64,000 nucleotides of DNA from Candidatus Latescibacterota bacterium (GTDB lineage Bacteria > Latescibacterota > UBA2968 > GCA-2709665), in the NCBI GenBank assembly GCA_963667175.2, contig CAXXXF010000014.1, positions 1 to 64,000 of the forward strand, read 5' to 3'. Position numbers and translations under genes: made by a program. The stretch's first letter is position 1. The number at the start of each line of letters is the position of its first letter. The notes under the pieces are model-generated. The model was not told the DNA's origin. It was given only the letters and a program-made list of their open reading frames with translations, and ran no database searches. Below are positions 40,269-49,562 of this stretch, in pieces.

Positions 40269-40971
40269 TTCGCGACCTCCGGTGGAGATATCGTCACATG
40301 TCGTGTTTAGGGGTGTGCGCGGCCTGTGGAAACAAGCCGCGAATTTGATGCCTCCATCCTGGAGTTCAACGCCCCCGACCAGCAGTTGGGTTAGTCTGTG
40401 ATCGTGCAAGTCTTGCCACGGCTTGTGTGCGTGCGAAGCCAATTTGCCGACTATCGTCAATGTGTCATGTCGAGACCAGCATGCTATGGTCTGTCCGGTC
40501 TGACGCCGCACGGTATAAGTTAACGTCCCCCACCAGAACCTACAAAGACTCATGGGATTCTTCGCGCTATGTCGAACCCACCATCAACAAAAAAGCCGAC
40601 GACGCAATCATTCGCGCCTTAGAATCGACACGTGCCGCGACGTTTGACGCAGCCAGAGCACGCTGGCCGCAATCCATGTCCAGGACCCGGCACGTTGCCA
40701 CACTCACAAAAACGTCAGGATTGCGCCAAGAAAACAACTTGAAACGTCTACATGGTCTGGTTATATTTGTCTTCGTAGTACTTATTCTCCAGACAGTCTT
40801 TCAGCCATATTTGTCGAATTTGCTACTTCATTGGAACCCGCTGAGTCGAGTACCTGGAGATATTCAGATTCCGCAACGTACGTCCGATATACTCGGTTGC
40901 GCGAGGGTGGTTCCGGGTCGGGCGGAGGACTGACAGATGGATGGCGGTATTTGGGGAAGAAAAGCGTATAA

Positions 40972-41337
40972 GTGAAACGGGAATCCATTTGGAGTATATC
41001 CAATCGTGAAAAGTTCGCAATTTTGTCTATTGCGCTGTTTGGAATTGGGCTGTTTCTGCGGTATTGGGGTCCGTACGAACTCACGATATCTTTCGCTGTT
41101 GTAGAAGACGTTTTCACGATCATTATGTTTTCCGTCGCCGGTTCGTTTTTCGTGTTGCAAGGAGTTGATCTTATGTTAGGCATCTACGAAGCAGTTAAGA
41201 AGAAGAACCTGGAAAAGGGTCGAGAAGAAGGGCAACAGGAGAGGGACAAGAAATTCCTGGAATGGTATAACAATGAAAAAGGAAAAGGACCGGACGGTTT
41301 CAAATCTCCACCAGGATTTCTGAAGAATTCGTCTTAA
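40972..41337 (+). CDS. Small two-TM hypothetical protein with a GREEG tail
   Basis: Two hydrophobic helices then LEKGREEGQQERDKKFLEWY...PPGF. Confidence 0.6.
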   Translation: MKRESIWSISNREKFAILSIALFGIGLFLRYWGPYELTISFAVVEDVFTIIMFSVAGSFFVLQGVDLMLGIYEAVKKKNLEKGREEGQQERDKKFLEWYNNEKGKGPDGFKSPPGFLKNSS

Positions 41338-41444
41338 ACCGTCTTGTTTAACCCGGCAAGTCCCTGTTTCAACGGCCCTCCTGCTGTACTTAGCGCCCGG
41401 CCCCATACGTGAGATCTAACGTGAATCAAAACTCCTCCCGTGCT

Positions 41445-41723
41445 TTACCCTGAGTTCGTCTTCAAATTCCTTCTATCTTCTTCCTTGACTTTCTTAAGCT
41501 TCCTCTTTGAATTCCTTCTCGCTCGGTTTATTTCATCAATGAGAAAGTCGGCCGCTCCATCTATCTCTGAAGCCGACCACAATTCTTCGCTTGAGTATGC
41601 GTTTAACAATAAACGGATAAACGGCATACTAAAGACCGGATTTTCGGGATTCCGACCTTCTATCTTGTAGCCTGCTATTTCGAACGCCAAGGCAACACCT
41701 CCGTATGTGTTATTCTGCACCAA
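41445..41723 (-). CDS. Hypothetical protein or gene remnant
   Basis: Protein-like 92-aa frame with a charged helical C-terminus; no good start; same frame as ORF 41772-42026 across a TAA. Confidence 0.3.
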   Translation of the reverse strand: MVQNNTYGGVALAFEIAGYKIEGRNPENPVFSMPFIRLLLNAYSSEELWSASEIDGAADFLIDEINRARRNSKRKLKKVKEEDRRNLKTNSG

Positions 41724-41952
41724 ATTTCCGCGGGTGGACGCTCCAGATTTCCAAGAATAAAATCCACATCCTTAATAAAAACAACAGGTAACTATCTTCA
41801 TAGGATCAAAACGAACGGTCGACGCATAACTCTTACGATTTTCATTAGAGAATGAAAAGAGGACGAATCGCTTCATCAAGAGCAAATTCGTAAAACGGAA
41901 TTGAATATGGAAGCCGGACGCCGCTCGGAGTAGCGGTGTTAAGTATCGCCCG

Positions 41953-43185
41953 CTAAACCGCGTTCTTCTCGCCGAAGAGACGTTCGCAGACCTTGCCGGC
42001 GCGGTCCTGATAGCCGTCTGGGACAAAGACGTACAGCTTCCAGAGGCGTTCGTACTGGTCCTCCACCGCCTTCACGTCGAACGGCGGACTGTCGAGAGGT
42101 TCGTTGAGGCGGCGAACGCCGTTCCTGGTCTTCGTGAAGACCCTGGCCTCCTTGATGGAGGAGATATCCGGGCAGTACAGGATAACCTGGTCGGGTTCGA
42201 CCACGATCGCGTCGGCGATTTCGCGTTCCACGCGTTGCCTGGATTCGACGGACCTGTTGTACGAGGCGATCAGTTCATCCCGGGCGCGCCTTCCGATTTC
42301 GCCGGTGGACAGCACGTACGCGCGCTTCAGCAGATTGCGGTAGACCACGCCCCGGACGAGGCGATCGATGCGCTCGTCCTTTCTCGCGGTGAGCGACCGC
42401 AGAAGCGCGCCGTCCGTGAGATGGTAGATATCCTCCTGCCGCAGTCCCTGCTGAACCGCCAGTTCCATGGCCTTTGCGATCATGGCGCCGGAAGCGACTT
42501 TCGCGTGGTGAAAATAGACGCGTTCGGTGAGAAAATAGCGCAGGCGAAGAAGATGGAGCAGTTCCGTCCGCGTGCTGAGCTTCTCCAGGCTGATGGCCAG
42601 TTTTCCATCCGCAACCGTGAAGGTACTCAGGATGCGGTCGTCATAGTCGTGTTTCAGTCCGGCGAAATACGCGTCGCGGCGAAGGTAATCGAGCAGGTCG
42701 GCATCGACGGTGCTGGTCACGATCTGACGCATCCAGGGCGGATCGAAACCACGCTCGGTCAGGAGCGCCACCACCGGTTCGCGCTGCCCGGACGCATCGA
42801 GAGCGCCAGCCAGTTCGTCCCGGGAAAGCGCGTGTCGCATCCGTTCCGCGGTATCGTGGCGGGGAAACAGCTTGCGTTCGTCTTCGAACGTGTGGCCGAA
42901 CGGGAAATGGCCCACGTCGTGGACAAGGGCGGCCAGAACGACCGTGGTCTCCTCCTCCGCGCTCACCCCCACACCGGATTCTCTGAGAACCCCGATGATG
43001 CGTCTGGCCATCGCCGCCGTTCCGAGCGAGTGCTCGAACCGCGTATGCGTGCAGCCCGGATACACGAGATAGGCCGTCCCGGTCTGCCGGATGCCCCGCA
43101 GGCGCTGGAACTGTGGGGTATCCATCAGGCGCCGCTCCACGTCATTGAAGCGGATATCTCCGTGAATGGGATCGCGAATGATCAT
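41953..43185 (-). CDS. HD-domain phosphohydrolase (COG1078/SAMHD1-like)
   Basis: IRDPIHG, FQRLRGIRQ, HTRFEHSLG, HDVGHFPFGH, DADLLDYLRRD. Confidence 0.92.
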   Translation of the reverse strand: MIIRDPIHGDIRFNDVERRLMDTPQFQRLRGIRQTGTAYLVYPGCTHTRFEHSLGTAAMARRIIGVLRESGVGVSAEEETTVVLAALVHDVGHFPFGHTFEDERKLFPRHDTAERMRHALSRDELAGALDASGQREPVVALLTERGFDPPWMRQIVTSTVDADLLDYLRRDAYFAGLKHDYDDRILSTFTVADGKLAISLEKLSTRTELLHLLRLRYFLTERVYFHHAKVASGAMIAKAMELAVQQGLRQEDIYHLTDGALLRSLTARKDERIDRLVRGVVYRNLLKRAYVLSTGEIGRRARDELIASYNRSVESRQRVEREIADAIVVEPDQVILYCPDISSIKEARVFTKTRNGVRRLNEPLDSPPFDVKAVEDQYERLWKLYVFVPDGYQDRAGKVCERLFGEKNAV

Positions 43186-43358
43186 AAACCGAAGCCCCGA
43201 TGGCCGAACGCGTTCGTTACCCGCCTGTCCTGTTCTGCGGCCGTCCAAAGGTAACAAAACGTCATACGCGTAGCAACGGAAACGCCACACGCAAGACGGG
43301 CCGCCCATTCTGGAATCGGGCAGCCCGCCTGGTCAGTTTACGTGATTTGCGTTACACA

Positions 43359-43392
43359 CGGACCTGGCGAATCCGTGCGTTCGCCAGGTCCG
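43359..43392 (-). terminator. 13-bp hairpin after the beta-barrel gene
   Basis: cggacctggcgaa-tccgtgcg-ttcgccaggtccg; lacks a U tract. Confidence 0.45.
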
Positions 43393-43397
43393 CTTGC

Positions 43398-43952
43398 TCA
43401 GAAGTAAAATTTCAGCCCGGCAAACACGCGATCGATATTCCGGGTGCTCTCATCGGCAAAGATGAAGTCCCGCTTGTAGTTGAGGCCGATGCGGATCCGG
43501 TCGTTGAGAATGACGTCGATGCCTGCGCCGGGGGCCAGGCCGAAGTTGCTCTGGCCCTTGACGGGCTTGTAGAGGCCCGCATGCGTCGTGACGTAGTAGA
43601 CAAAGGGATCGGCGTTGTAGTCCATGCGGGAGCCCAGGCTGTAAATGGACAGCTCACTGTCCGAAACATAGGCGTAACCACCCTCTATCGCCAACCAGCC
43701 GTACCGCTCATAGCCCAGGTCCACGCCGTAGAGCAGGCCGGAGCGGTTGCCGGTCGCGGTTTGGTCGAAGCGCCCGGAGCCGAACGCCGGGTTGACGTAG
43801 AATCGGCCGTCCGGACCGCCGAACGGATAGCCGCCGCGGCCCAGTTCGCTGCCCTCGGGACCGTCGGTTCGACCGGGCTCCCCGGCGTCCAGCGGCGTAC
43901 AGAAGAGTGCAGCGCATATGATGACGATGATGGTAAAGCTTGAAGCGTTCAT
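43398..43952 (-). CDS. Small outer-membrane beta-barrel (porin-family) protein
   Basis: Signal peptide, amphipathic strands, C-terminal AGLKFYF BamA-type signal. Confidence 0.8.
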   Translation of the reverse strand: MNASSFTIIVIICAALFCTPLDAGEPGRTDGPEGSELGRGGYPFGGPDGRFYVNPAFGSGRFDQTATGNRSGLLYGVDLGYERYGWLAIEGGYAYVSDSELSIYSLGSRMDYNADPFVYYVTTHAGLYKPVKGQSNFGLAPGAGIDVILNDRIRIGLNYKRDFIFADESTRNIDRVFAGLKFYF

Positions 43953-44002
43953 GGCGCGTTTCCTTTCAGGTTATTCGCAGTGAAAAACCGTCGGGCTGTC
44001 GT

Positions 44003-44599
44003 TCAGAATCCGATGTGACGCTTCTTGTATGCCTTCCGGATTTCCTTTTCGTCGGTCCAGACGATTTCCGAGGTGAGCAGGTTGGTCAATTTGAAGGTCG
44101 CCTTGTAATAGATCAGTTTGTCCTTTCCAACCTCCTGAACGTTCGCCGTAAGCGTGGCCGTCAGCAGGTATTCGGCCCCGGTCTGGCTTCCCGGGCCCCT
44201 GGCCTGAGCCGGGTCCACGTATCCGGACTGCTGGTACTCGTATTCTTCGGCGATCTCACCACGACTCTCAACGTCGGCAAAACGGAATTTGCCGCTCCGA
44301 ATGAGCTGTGTGCGGACTTTGTTCGACAGCATGGTCATGTCGACGTGTTCCGAAGTTCGGTTCCGCATTTTCCCGACCATCACCACCGGAAGGCCGTTGC
44401 TTCCCGCAATATTGGTGGCGGCCATGGACTCGATCATCTTCTTTGCGATGAGTTGCATGTCGTTTTCGCTGAACCGGTCATCCAGCAGCGCAATGGCGTT
44501 CGGATCTTCGTACGTGCCTTTTGTGAAGGCTCTGGGTCCCACGCAGCCGGCGGCGAACGCGAGAACGACGGCGAGGGTGATGCAGATTCCTGGTTTCAT
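44003..44599 (-). CDS. LpoB-like (COG3417) lipoprotein
   Basis: Lipobox AAGC; NRTSEHVD, SGKFRF, TSEIVWTDEKEIRK. Confidence 0.85.
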   Translation of the reverse strand: MKPGICITLAVVLAFAAGCVGPRAFTKGTYEDPNAIALLDDRFSENDMQLIAKKMIESMAATNIAGSNGLPVVMVGKMRNRTSEHVDMTMLSNKVRTQLIRSGKFRFADVESRGEIAEEYEYQQSGYVDPAQARGPGSQTGAEYLLTATLTANVQEVGKDKLIYYKATFKLTNLLTSEIVWTDEKEIRKAYKKRHIGF

Positions 44600-44684
44600 G
44601 GCAATTCCCCTTTTGTACGTGATGGATGGCACGATTCGGCGGCAATGCGGTTCCACGCGCGGCGCGCCGCCAATGGCTGCGAAC

Positions 44685-45485
44685 TCAATTCCATTCGCAC
44701 TGGAAGTGTGCGGCCGCCATGTGCCACCTGTAGTTCAGCTGAACGTCCTGGCGATAGCGCACCTGGAGCCGGCAGTCCTGCATTGGCGAACTGACGGGAT
44801 AGTCGAATTTGAACTCCCGGACGCCGGCGCGGTCGGAATCCGGAATATCGGACGACCGGAAGAGATCCGGTTTGGTCGAGGTGAAGACCTGAACCGTTTT
44901 GGACCCATACGTCTTCAGCGGCACACGGTCCGCAAACGTGATTCGCCGGACCTGTTTGGGCAGCAGCGGGTCGGTGAGGTCCACCCGTTCGTCGCGGCGC
45001 CAGCGTCCCGCCAGCACGGCGCCGAGATCTGCCGTGAAGACGCGCTCGACCGAACCGTCCGGGATGATCACGTACAGGTAGCGTCTGCGGGCTTTTCGTG
45101 ACAGGCCTTCGAATTCAAGCTGAATGGTAAGGGTCATCGCACGGTTGGGGGGCAGCGCGTGGAGCGAAATCGCCTGAATGACCCTCTGCGATACGCCTGC
45201 CTTTTTAAGCTCGATCAGCGCATCGGCCGAAGCGTTTCCCGCAAACCGGCGTTCGCGAACCATCCGGCTGATCGCGACGTCGTCAAAGTCGTTCCGGCTG
45301 AGATTGATGACGTCGTCCATCGTAAGGGGAAGCTGGTCGGAACGTTCGTATATGGCGGGCAGATTCTTGCCGTCCCAGGTCACGATGTTTATGACGTCGC
45401 CACGGGTGGGGACGTCCGCCGCCCATCCCGCCTGGCTCCACCCCGCGAGGGCCAGGGTCAAGCAGATCCCGATGAGTCGCTTCAT
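44685..45485 (-). CDS. Secreted hypothetical protein
   Basis: aggagg RBS; signal peptide ending AWA-like (GWA); helical module LTMDDVINL...LIELKKAGVSQRVI, then a beta-rich domain. Confidence 0.75.
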   Translation of the reverse strand: MKRLIGICLTLALAGWSQAGWAADVPTRGDVINIVTWDGKNLPAIYERSDQLPLTMDDVINLSRNDFDDVAISRMVRERRFAGNASADALIELKKAGVSQRVIQAISLHALPPNRAMTLTIQLEFEGLSRKARRRYLYVIIPDGSVERVFTADLGAVLAGRWRRDERVDLTDPLLPKQVRRITFADRVPLKTYGSKTVQVFTSTKPDLFRSSDIPDSDRAGVREFKFDYPVSSPMQDCRLQVRYRQDVQLNYRWHMAAAHFQCEWN

Positions 45486-45511
45486 GGTGTTCCTCCTTTC
45501 GGTTGCCATGG

Positions 45512-46876
45512 CTATTTGTACGTCCGGTAGTTCACGAAGGTTCGGGTTCCCGGTCGGATGCGTATATCCGAAATGGTCCCGGTTTCAATAACGCGTCCCC
45601 GACCGTCCAGCGACTCCAGCGTGAGCGTATGCGTGCCTGCGGGAAGCGCGAGCCTGCCAATCTGAACGTTATTCGGCAGCGAGACCCAGCTTCGAGTATC
45701 GGCCGCCTCGGTGGCGGCGGCGAACAGATTGGCGAGGAAGCCCAGGATTTCGTTCTTCTCTTCTAGCTCTTCCGACGCCATGTACTTGATCAGGCCTCGG
45801 GCGACCGTACGCGTCAGCACGACGGGTTGTTTGTCCCGGAACGTCTGCCAGGCGATGGCCGCCAGGTCTTCCGCAAGGATTGTCGCCGTCTGACGTCCGG
45901 CGGCGCTGACCCTGATGGCATGGGTACGCGGCGCAACGTCCTCGTACGCGGGAAGGGCAACGCGCATCCAGTATTCGACTTTCGATTTGCCCGCATAGTA
46001 TGGTCTGTAGTGGCGGCGCGCGATTTTCCGTGAGAGGCCGTCGAGACGTTTTTTCGAGACGTTTTCGACCTCGTTTTCGTAGATCGGCAGGTTGATTTCT
46101 TCCTGGATCTTGTGGGGCACGAATCCGATTTCCGAGAAGAGAACGAGTTCGCCGTCCGGGGGTGAATCCGGTTCTGCGGATCCGCCGCGGCCGTCCTGGC
46201 GCTCGACGTACCCGAGGTCTTCCTCGACCCGGCGGAGATCCTTCCGGAGGGCCGCCGGTGCTTCCAGGCCGAAGACGTTCTGATACGTCTCGTACGCGTC
46301 CAGGGCGTTCCGGTAAGACACGTAGGCGTCATTGAGCTCATCCGTGGCTTCGTAAATCAGGCCGGTCATATAGTGGATAAAAGCATCGTTCCGGTACGTG
46401 GCGTCATAGTCGGCCTCTGCGGCGTAGCGGTCCAGTTTCAGGTTGGCCTTGCGGCACTCCACAAGCGCCTCTTCGGGTTCACCCAGATACCAGTAGTTGA
46501 GCGCCCGGTAATAGTTGATGAACGCGAGTTCGAACTCTTCGCCGCGATAAGACCGCACCTGGTCGTTCGTGATCAGCGACGCCGCCTCCCGCGACAGCGA
46601 GCGCGTGAAGAGCCGGTCCGCGAGGCGCTCGGCGCCTTCGAAGAACCGGTTGGATGCGTGGTATTCACCTCTATAGTGAGCGATGAGGCCGTTCTCCATG
46701 AGGTAGAGCAGTCGCGCGGGGCCTTTCCTCGCCTTTCCGAGCGTCTGCAGCGCGGTTTCGTAGTGTCCGCGAGCGAGGCTGTTTCTGAACGTGGCGGCGT
46801 TATGGGTATACGTGGCGCAGCCCGTTGAAAAAAAGCAAAGGAACAGGCCGAATTCTATTCTCAACAGGTGTTTCAT
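45512..46876 (-). CDS. COG3014-like TPR lipoprotein
   Basis: Lipobox STGC; LLYLMENG, SYRGEEFE, ALVECRK, EAADTRSWVSLP. Confidence 0.82.
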   Translation of the reverse strand: MKHLLRIEFGLFLCFFSTGCATYTHNAATFRNSLARGHYETALQTLGKARKGPARLLYLMENGLIAHYRGEYHASNRFFEGAERLADRLFTRSLSREAASLITNDQVRSYRGEEFELAFINYYRALNYWYLGEPEEALVECRKANLKLDRYAAEADYDATYRNDAFIHYMTGLIYEATDELNDAYVSYRNALDAYETYQNVFGLEAPAALRKDLRRVEEDLGYVERQDGRGGSAEPDSPPDGELVLFSEIGFVPHKIQEEINLPIYENEVENVSKKRLDGLSRKIARRHYRPYYAGKSKVEYWMRVALPAYEDVAPRTHAIRVSAAGRQTATILAEDLAAIAWQTFRDKQPVVLTRTVARGLIKYMASEELEEKNEILGFLANLFAAATEAADTRSWVSLPNNVQIGRLALPAGTHTLTLESLDGRGRVIETGTISDIRIRPGTRTFVNYRTYK

Positions 46877-46966
46877 CAAGGCTCCGGATGTCTACGGGTC
46901 AGCCGGTTTCCCGTTTGGAAAAAGGATAGCTGCCATTGTGCGATCACGCCTGTCGCGGAGAGTGCA

Positions 46967-46982
46967 TGCAATCACCGTGCCA
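46967..46982 (-). promoter_or_regulatory. Sigma54 (-24/-12) promoter
   Basis: Minus strand TGGCACG-GTGA-TTGCA matches the TGGCACG-N4-TTGC consensus, ~90 nt upstream of ATG 46876, with an AT-rich upstream tract. Confidence 0.75.
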
Positions 46983-47284
46983 AAAATGTAACCGATGTAT
47001 AAACAATAAGATATGAATGCACATGAGCTCGCAAAACTGTTGTGTATCGTCACACTTGTGAACCTGAGCGACATTGTTCGGGCCGAAATACAGACAACAA
47101 AACCGGGGAGACGTAAGACGCAAGACGGCAGAGGAAATCCTTGCTCGATAGGTTGCCCCTCTATGCCTCCGGCAAGGTGTGAAACCACACAGGGCAGTCA
47201 ATCTCTCCCGTCTGACGTCTAGCGTCTCCCCGCTCTTCCTAGACCGAGCGCACCCTGCCCTCGACGCGCCCCGTCCAATTTGCA

Positions 47285-47365
47285 TTCGTAGGGGCATTCC
47301 TTGTAGTTGCCCGCTGTTACCCCGTCCGCCCATGACACGGGCGGTTCGAGAACCGCCCCTACGAA
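47285..47365. repeat. REPIN-like inverted pair of GTAG-type REPs
   Basis: ttcgtaggggc ... gcccctacgaa outer inverted repeat; each half has its own hairpin. Confidence 0.7.
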
Positions 47366-47387
47366 GATTTGGTCTCCGGGTCTTGCT

Positions 47388-47425
47388 CCCCCTTTCCCCC
47401 CGGGAGAGGGGGTTGGGGGGAGAGG
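47388..47425. repeat. C/G-tract palindromic repeat
   Basis: ccccctttccc-ccc-gggagaggggg followed by ttggggggagagg. Confidence 0.5.
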
Positions 47426-47530
47426 TCTGCGCGCCAATCGTCGGTAAATTTCGCAAGGCCGCATCGCCGTCCCGTAGACGCGGGTTATCCTCTCAGGTCT
47501 CACCGCCTTTGACTGACAGCTGATGGCTAT

Positions 47531-47556
47531 AAAAAAAACGCGCCCTGACAGGACGC
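47531..47556 (-). terminator. Rho-independent terminator after the sulfotransferase gene
   Basis: Minus strand gcgtcct-gtc-agggcgc then g and eight Ts. Confidence 0.7.
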
Positions 47557-47591
47557 CCTTCGGTACGAGCTTGGCGATTTTGAAGTGGGCT

Positions 47592-48170
47592 CTATCGACG
47601 CTGGCGATAGAGCGAGGCATCTACGGAGGCAGCCATGGCCGCTTCGTCGAGGCGGTTGTTCAGAAAGGCGTTGATCCGGGCGGCCTCGCGAGAAGGATTC
47701 GCCAGGACCTGTCGATGGTCAGAATAGAGGGTATGAATGAAAGGTTGTCCGGAAAGCCAGGTTTCCGTCTGCTGAAGATGCTTCCGAAAGATCCGGGCGA
47801 TCTCCCCGCGGTCCGCCTGCCCGCCCGGCGCCACACCGCGCCGGATCAGCATCCTGTCCTGAGAGGCGAGGATTTCCTCCATGGCCCGCCGCATGAAGAT
47901 GACTCTGTAGATATGCGTCTCGGGAAGGTGCCTCAGCAGTTCGGAGATGATCTTGACGGCCTTGCCCGCCGCCCGCGGAAGCCAGCTATTGTCCGTCTTG
48001 AGCGCCTTCACCTTTTCGTATTCGTAATAGCCTCTGAGATTGTCTTCGTCAGCGGTTCTTCGCCCGTCGGTCAGCACGTCCATTCCGCCGGCTTCGAGCA
48101 TCTGCATCATCATCGACGTGCCCGACCGGGGCAGGCCGGAGACCACGACGATAGCATTGGGATCGACCAT
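47592..48170 (-). CDS. Sulfotransferase-family protein
   Basis: PAPS-binding-like SGLPRSGTSMMM, NLRGYYE, FMRR...LASQ. Confidence 0.85.
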   Translation of the reverse strand: MVDPNAIVVVSGLPRSGTSMMMQMLEAGGMDVLTDGRRTADEDNLRGYYEYEKVKALKTDNSWLPRAAGKAVKIISELLRHLPETHIYRVIFMRRAMEEILASQDRMLIRRGVAPGGQADRGEIARIFRKHLQQTETWLSGQPFIHTLYSDHRQVLANPSREAARINAFLNNRLDEAAMAASVDASLYRQRR

Positions 48171-48228
48171 GGGACTCGTGCGATCGCGCCGCCCGGGGGC
48201 GGTCGGTGGACAGGGACGAAAGAGACCC

Positions 48229-48441
48229 TCAGAGATAGCCCAGAGACTCGAGCCGGTCTTCCATCAGTTTTTTTTCTTCGGGGGAATAGTCCGGACCGGC
48301 TCCCTTATGCTCTTCCCGTGCCATGAGGGATTCCAGCTTTTCCGATGCCCTGACGAGGCGTTCGTATTCGTCGACGTCAAGCAGGACGCCGACGCGGTTG
48401 CCGGACGGGTCCACCACGACGCGCGGCTCCCCTTCGTTCAT
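48229..48441 (-). CDS. 70-aa protein with an antitoxin-like N-terminus and an RLESLGYL C-terminal tail
   Basis: ATGA overlap with the DSD1-like stop; MNEGEPRVVVDPSGNRVGVLLDVDEYERLV...EEKKLMEDRLESLGYL. Confidence 0.7.
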   Translation of the reverse strand: MNEGEPRVVVDPSGNRVGVLLDVDEYERLVRASEKLESLMAREEHKGAGPDYSPEEKKLMEDRLESLGYL

Positions 48442-49535
48442 TGCAATTTGCCCCGGCCCAGGATGTCCCAGACGGCCTCCACCCGGTCGTTGCGGATGCC
48501 GTAGATCTGGTTGTGGAGGAAGACCGTCATATCGCTGTATCCTGAAATGAGTTCGACCTTCTCGCCGATTTTCAGCGGATCGTCCCGATTCTGCAGTTCC
48601 AGGTACCCGTGTTCCGCGGATAGGCCGACGACGTCGATACCGTCCCTGTGCTTCACCCAGGGCAGGCCGAACTGCGAACTCGTGGTCTTTCGTCCGGCGT
48701 CGATGTAAGCCCGGTCCGGCGCCGGTCGGCTGACCACCGTGGCCAGTATGGAGAGGGCGTGGTCCAGTCCTCTCACGCCCAGCGACGTGGCGTAGAAGGT
48801 GTCCATCATAATCCCGCCGCCGGCCTGGATTTCGGTGAGGCCCGGGCACGCCGGCGTGAAGGCCAGCGTTCCGGTCCCGCCTGCGCTGACGATCGGACAT
48901 TCGATGCCCGACGCCTCGACGCGCTCGCGTGAGCCCGCGAGCAGGGAGACGGCCTCGGCACAGGCGGAGGCTTTCTCCGGATCCGGCAGGTCCATCGCCT
49001 GGCCCTCGTAACCCATCAGGCCGGAGAACCTCACGCCGGGCGCGGCGTCGGCCCGTTGCGCCATTTCCAGAGCGGGCTTCCCGGCGCCCACCCCGCAGCG
49101 CCCCATCCCGACGTCCAGTTCAACCAGCACCCTCACGCTCACGCCCACGGCCTGCGCCGCTTCCGAGATCATGTCGACGTGGACCGGGTGGTCGACGGCG
49201 ACCATGACGTCGGCGTGCCGTTGAAGGTGGGTCAGCCGGGCCATCTTCCTGTCGCCCACAACCTGGTTGGCAACGAGGATGTCCTTGACGCCCGCCGCGG
49301 CCATGACTTCGGCTTCGCCGAGCTTGGCGCAGGTGATGCCGATCGCTCCGGCGTCGAGCAGTTTGTGCGCGATGGCCGGGGTCTTGTTTCCCTTGGTATG
49401 CGGACGCCAGTGGACGCCGCAGGCTTTGCAGCGCGCGGCAATCCGGGCGACGTTGTTCTCCAGAAGGTCCAGTTCGAGCATCAGAGCCGGCGTATCCAGG
49501 TCCCACTTTTCCAGTCCCACGGGAGAGTAGCTCAT
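48438..49535 (-). CDS. DSD1/D-threonine aldolase family PLP enzyme
   Basis: LDTPAL, WRPHTKGNK, CAKLGEAE, GMGRCG, DAGRK, LSAEHG. Confidence 0.9.
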   Translation of the reverse strand: MSYSPVGLEKWDLDTPALMLELDLLENNVARIAARCKACGVHWRPHTKGNKTPAIAHKLLDAGAIGITCAKLGEAEVMAAAGVKDILVANQVVGDRKMARLTHLQRHADVMVAVDHPVHVDMISEAAQAVGVSVRVLVELDVGMGRCGVGAGKPALEMAQRADAAPGVRFSGLMGYEGQAMDLPDPEKASACAEAVSLLAGSRERVEASGIECPIVSAGGTGTLAFTPACPGLTEIQAGGGIMMDTFYATSLGVRGLDHALSILATVVSRPAPDRAYIDAGRKTTSSQFGLPWVKHRDGIDVVGLSAEHGYLELQNRDDPLKIGEKVELISGYSDMTVFLHNQIYGIRNDRVEAVWDILGRGKLQ

Positions 49536-49562
49536 TCACGATTCCTTTGATGACCGGCGCGG

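Noticed and set aside
41953-43185. HD protein as an antiphage dNTPase
   Set aside because: Host-like GC content and a widespread COG1078-type sequence; adjacency to the islet alone is insufficient
46817-46834. gcagcccgttgaaaaaa resembles the MITE terminal repeat
   Set aside because: Lies in the lipobox coding sequence (FFSTGC) with no other element sequence; probably coincidental
47095-47170. c-di-GMP-I riboswitch-like words (caaaacc...gacgcaag)
   Set aside because: The P2 stem does not pair and no gene lies downstream on that strand
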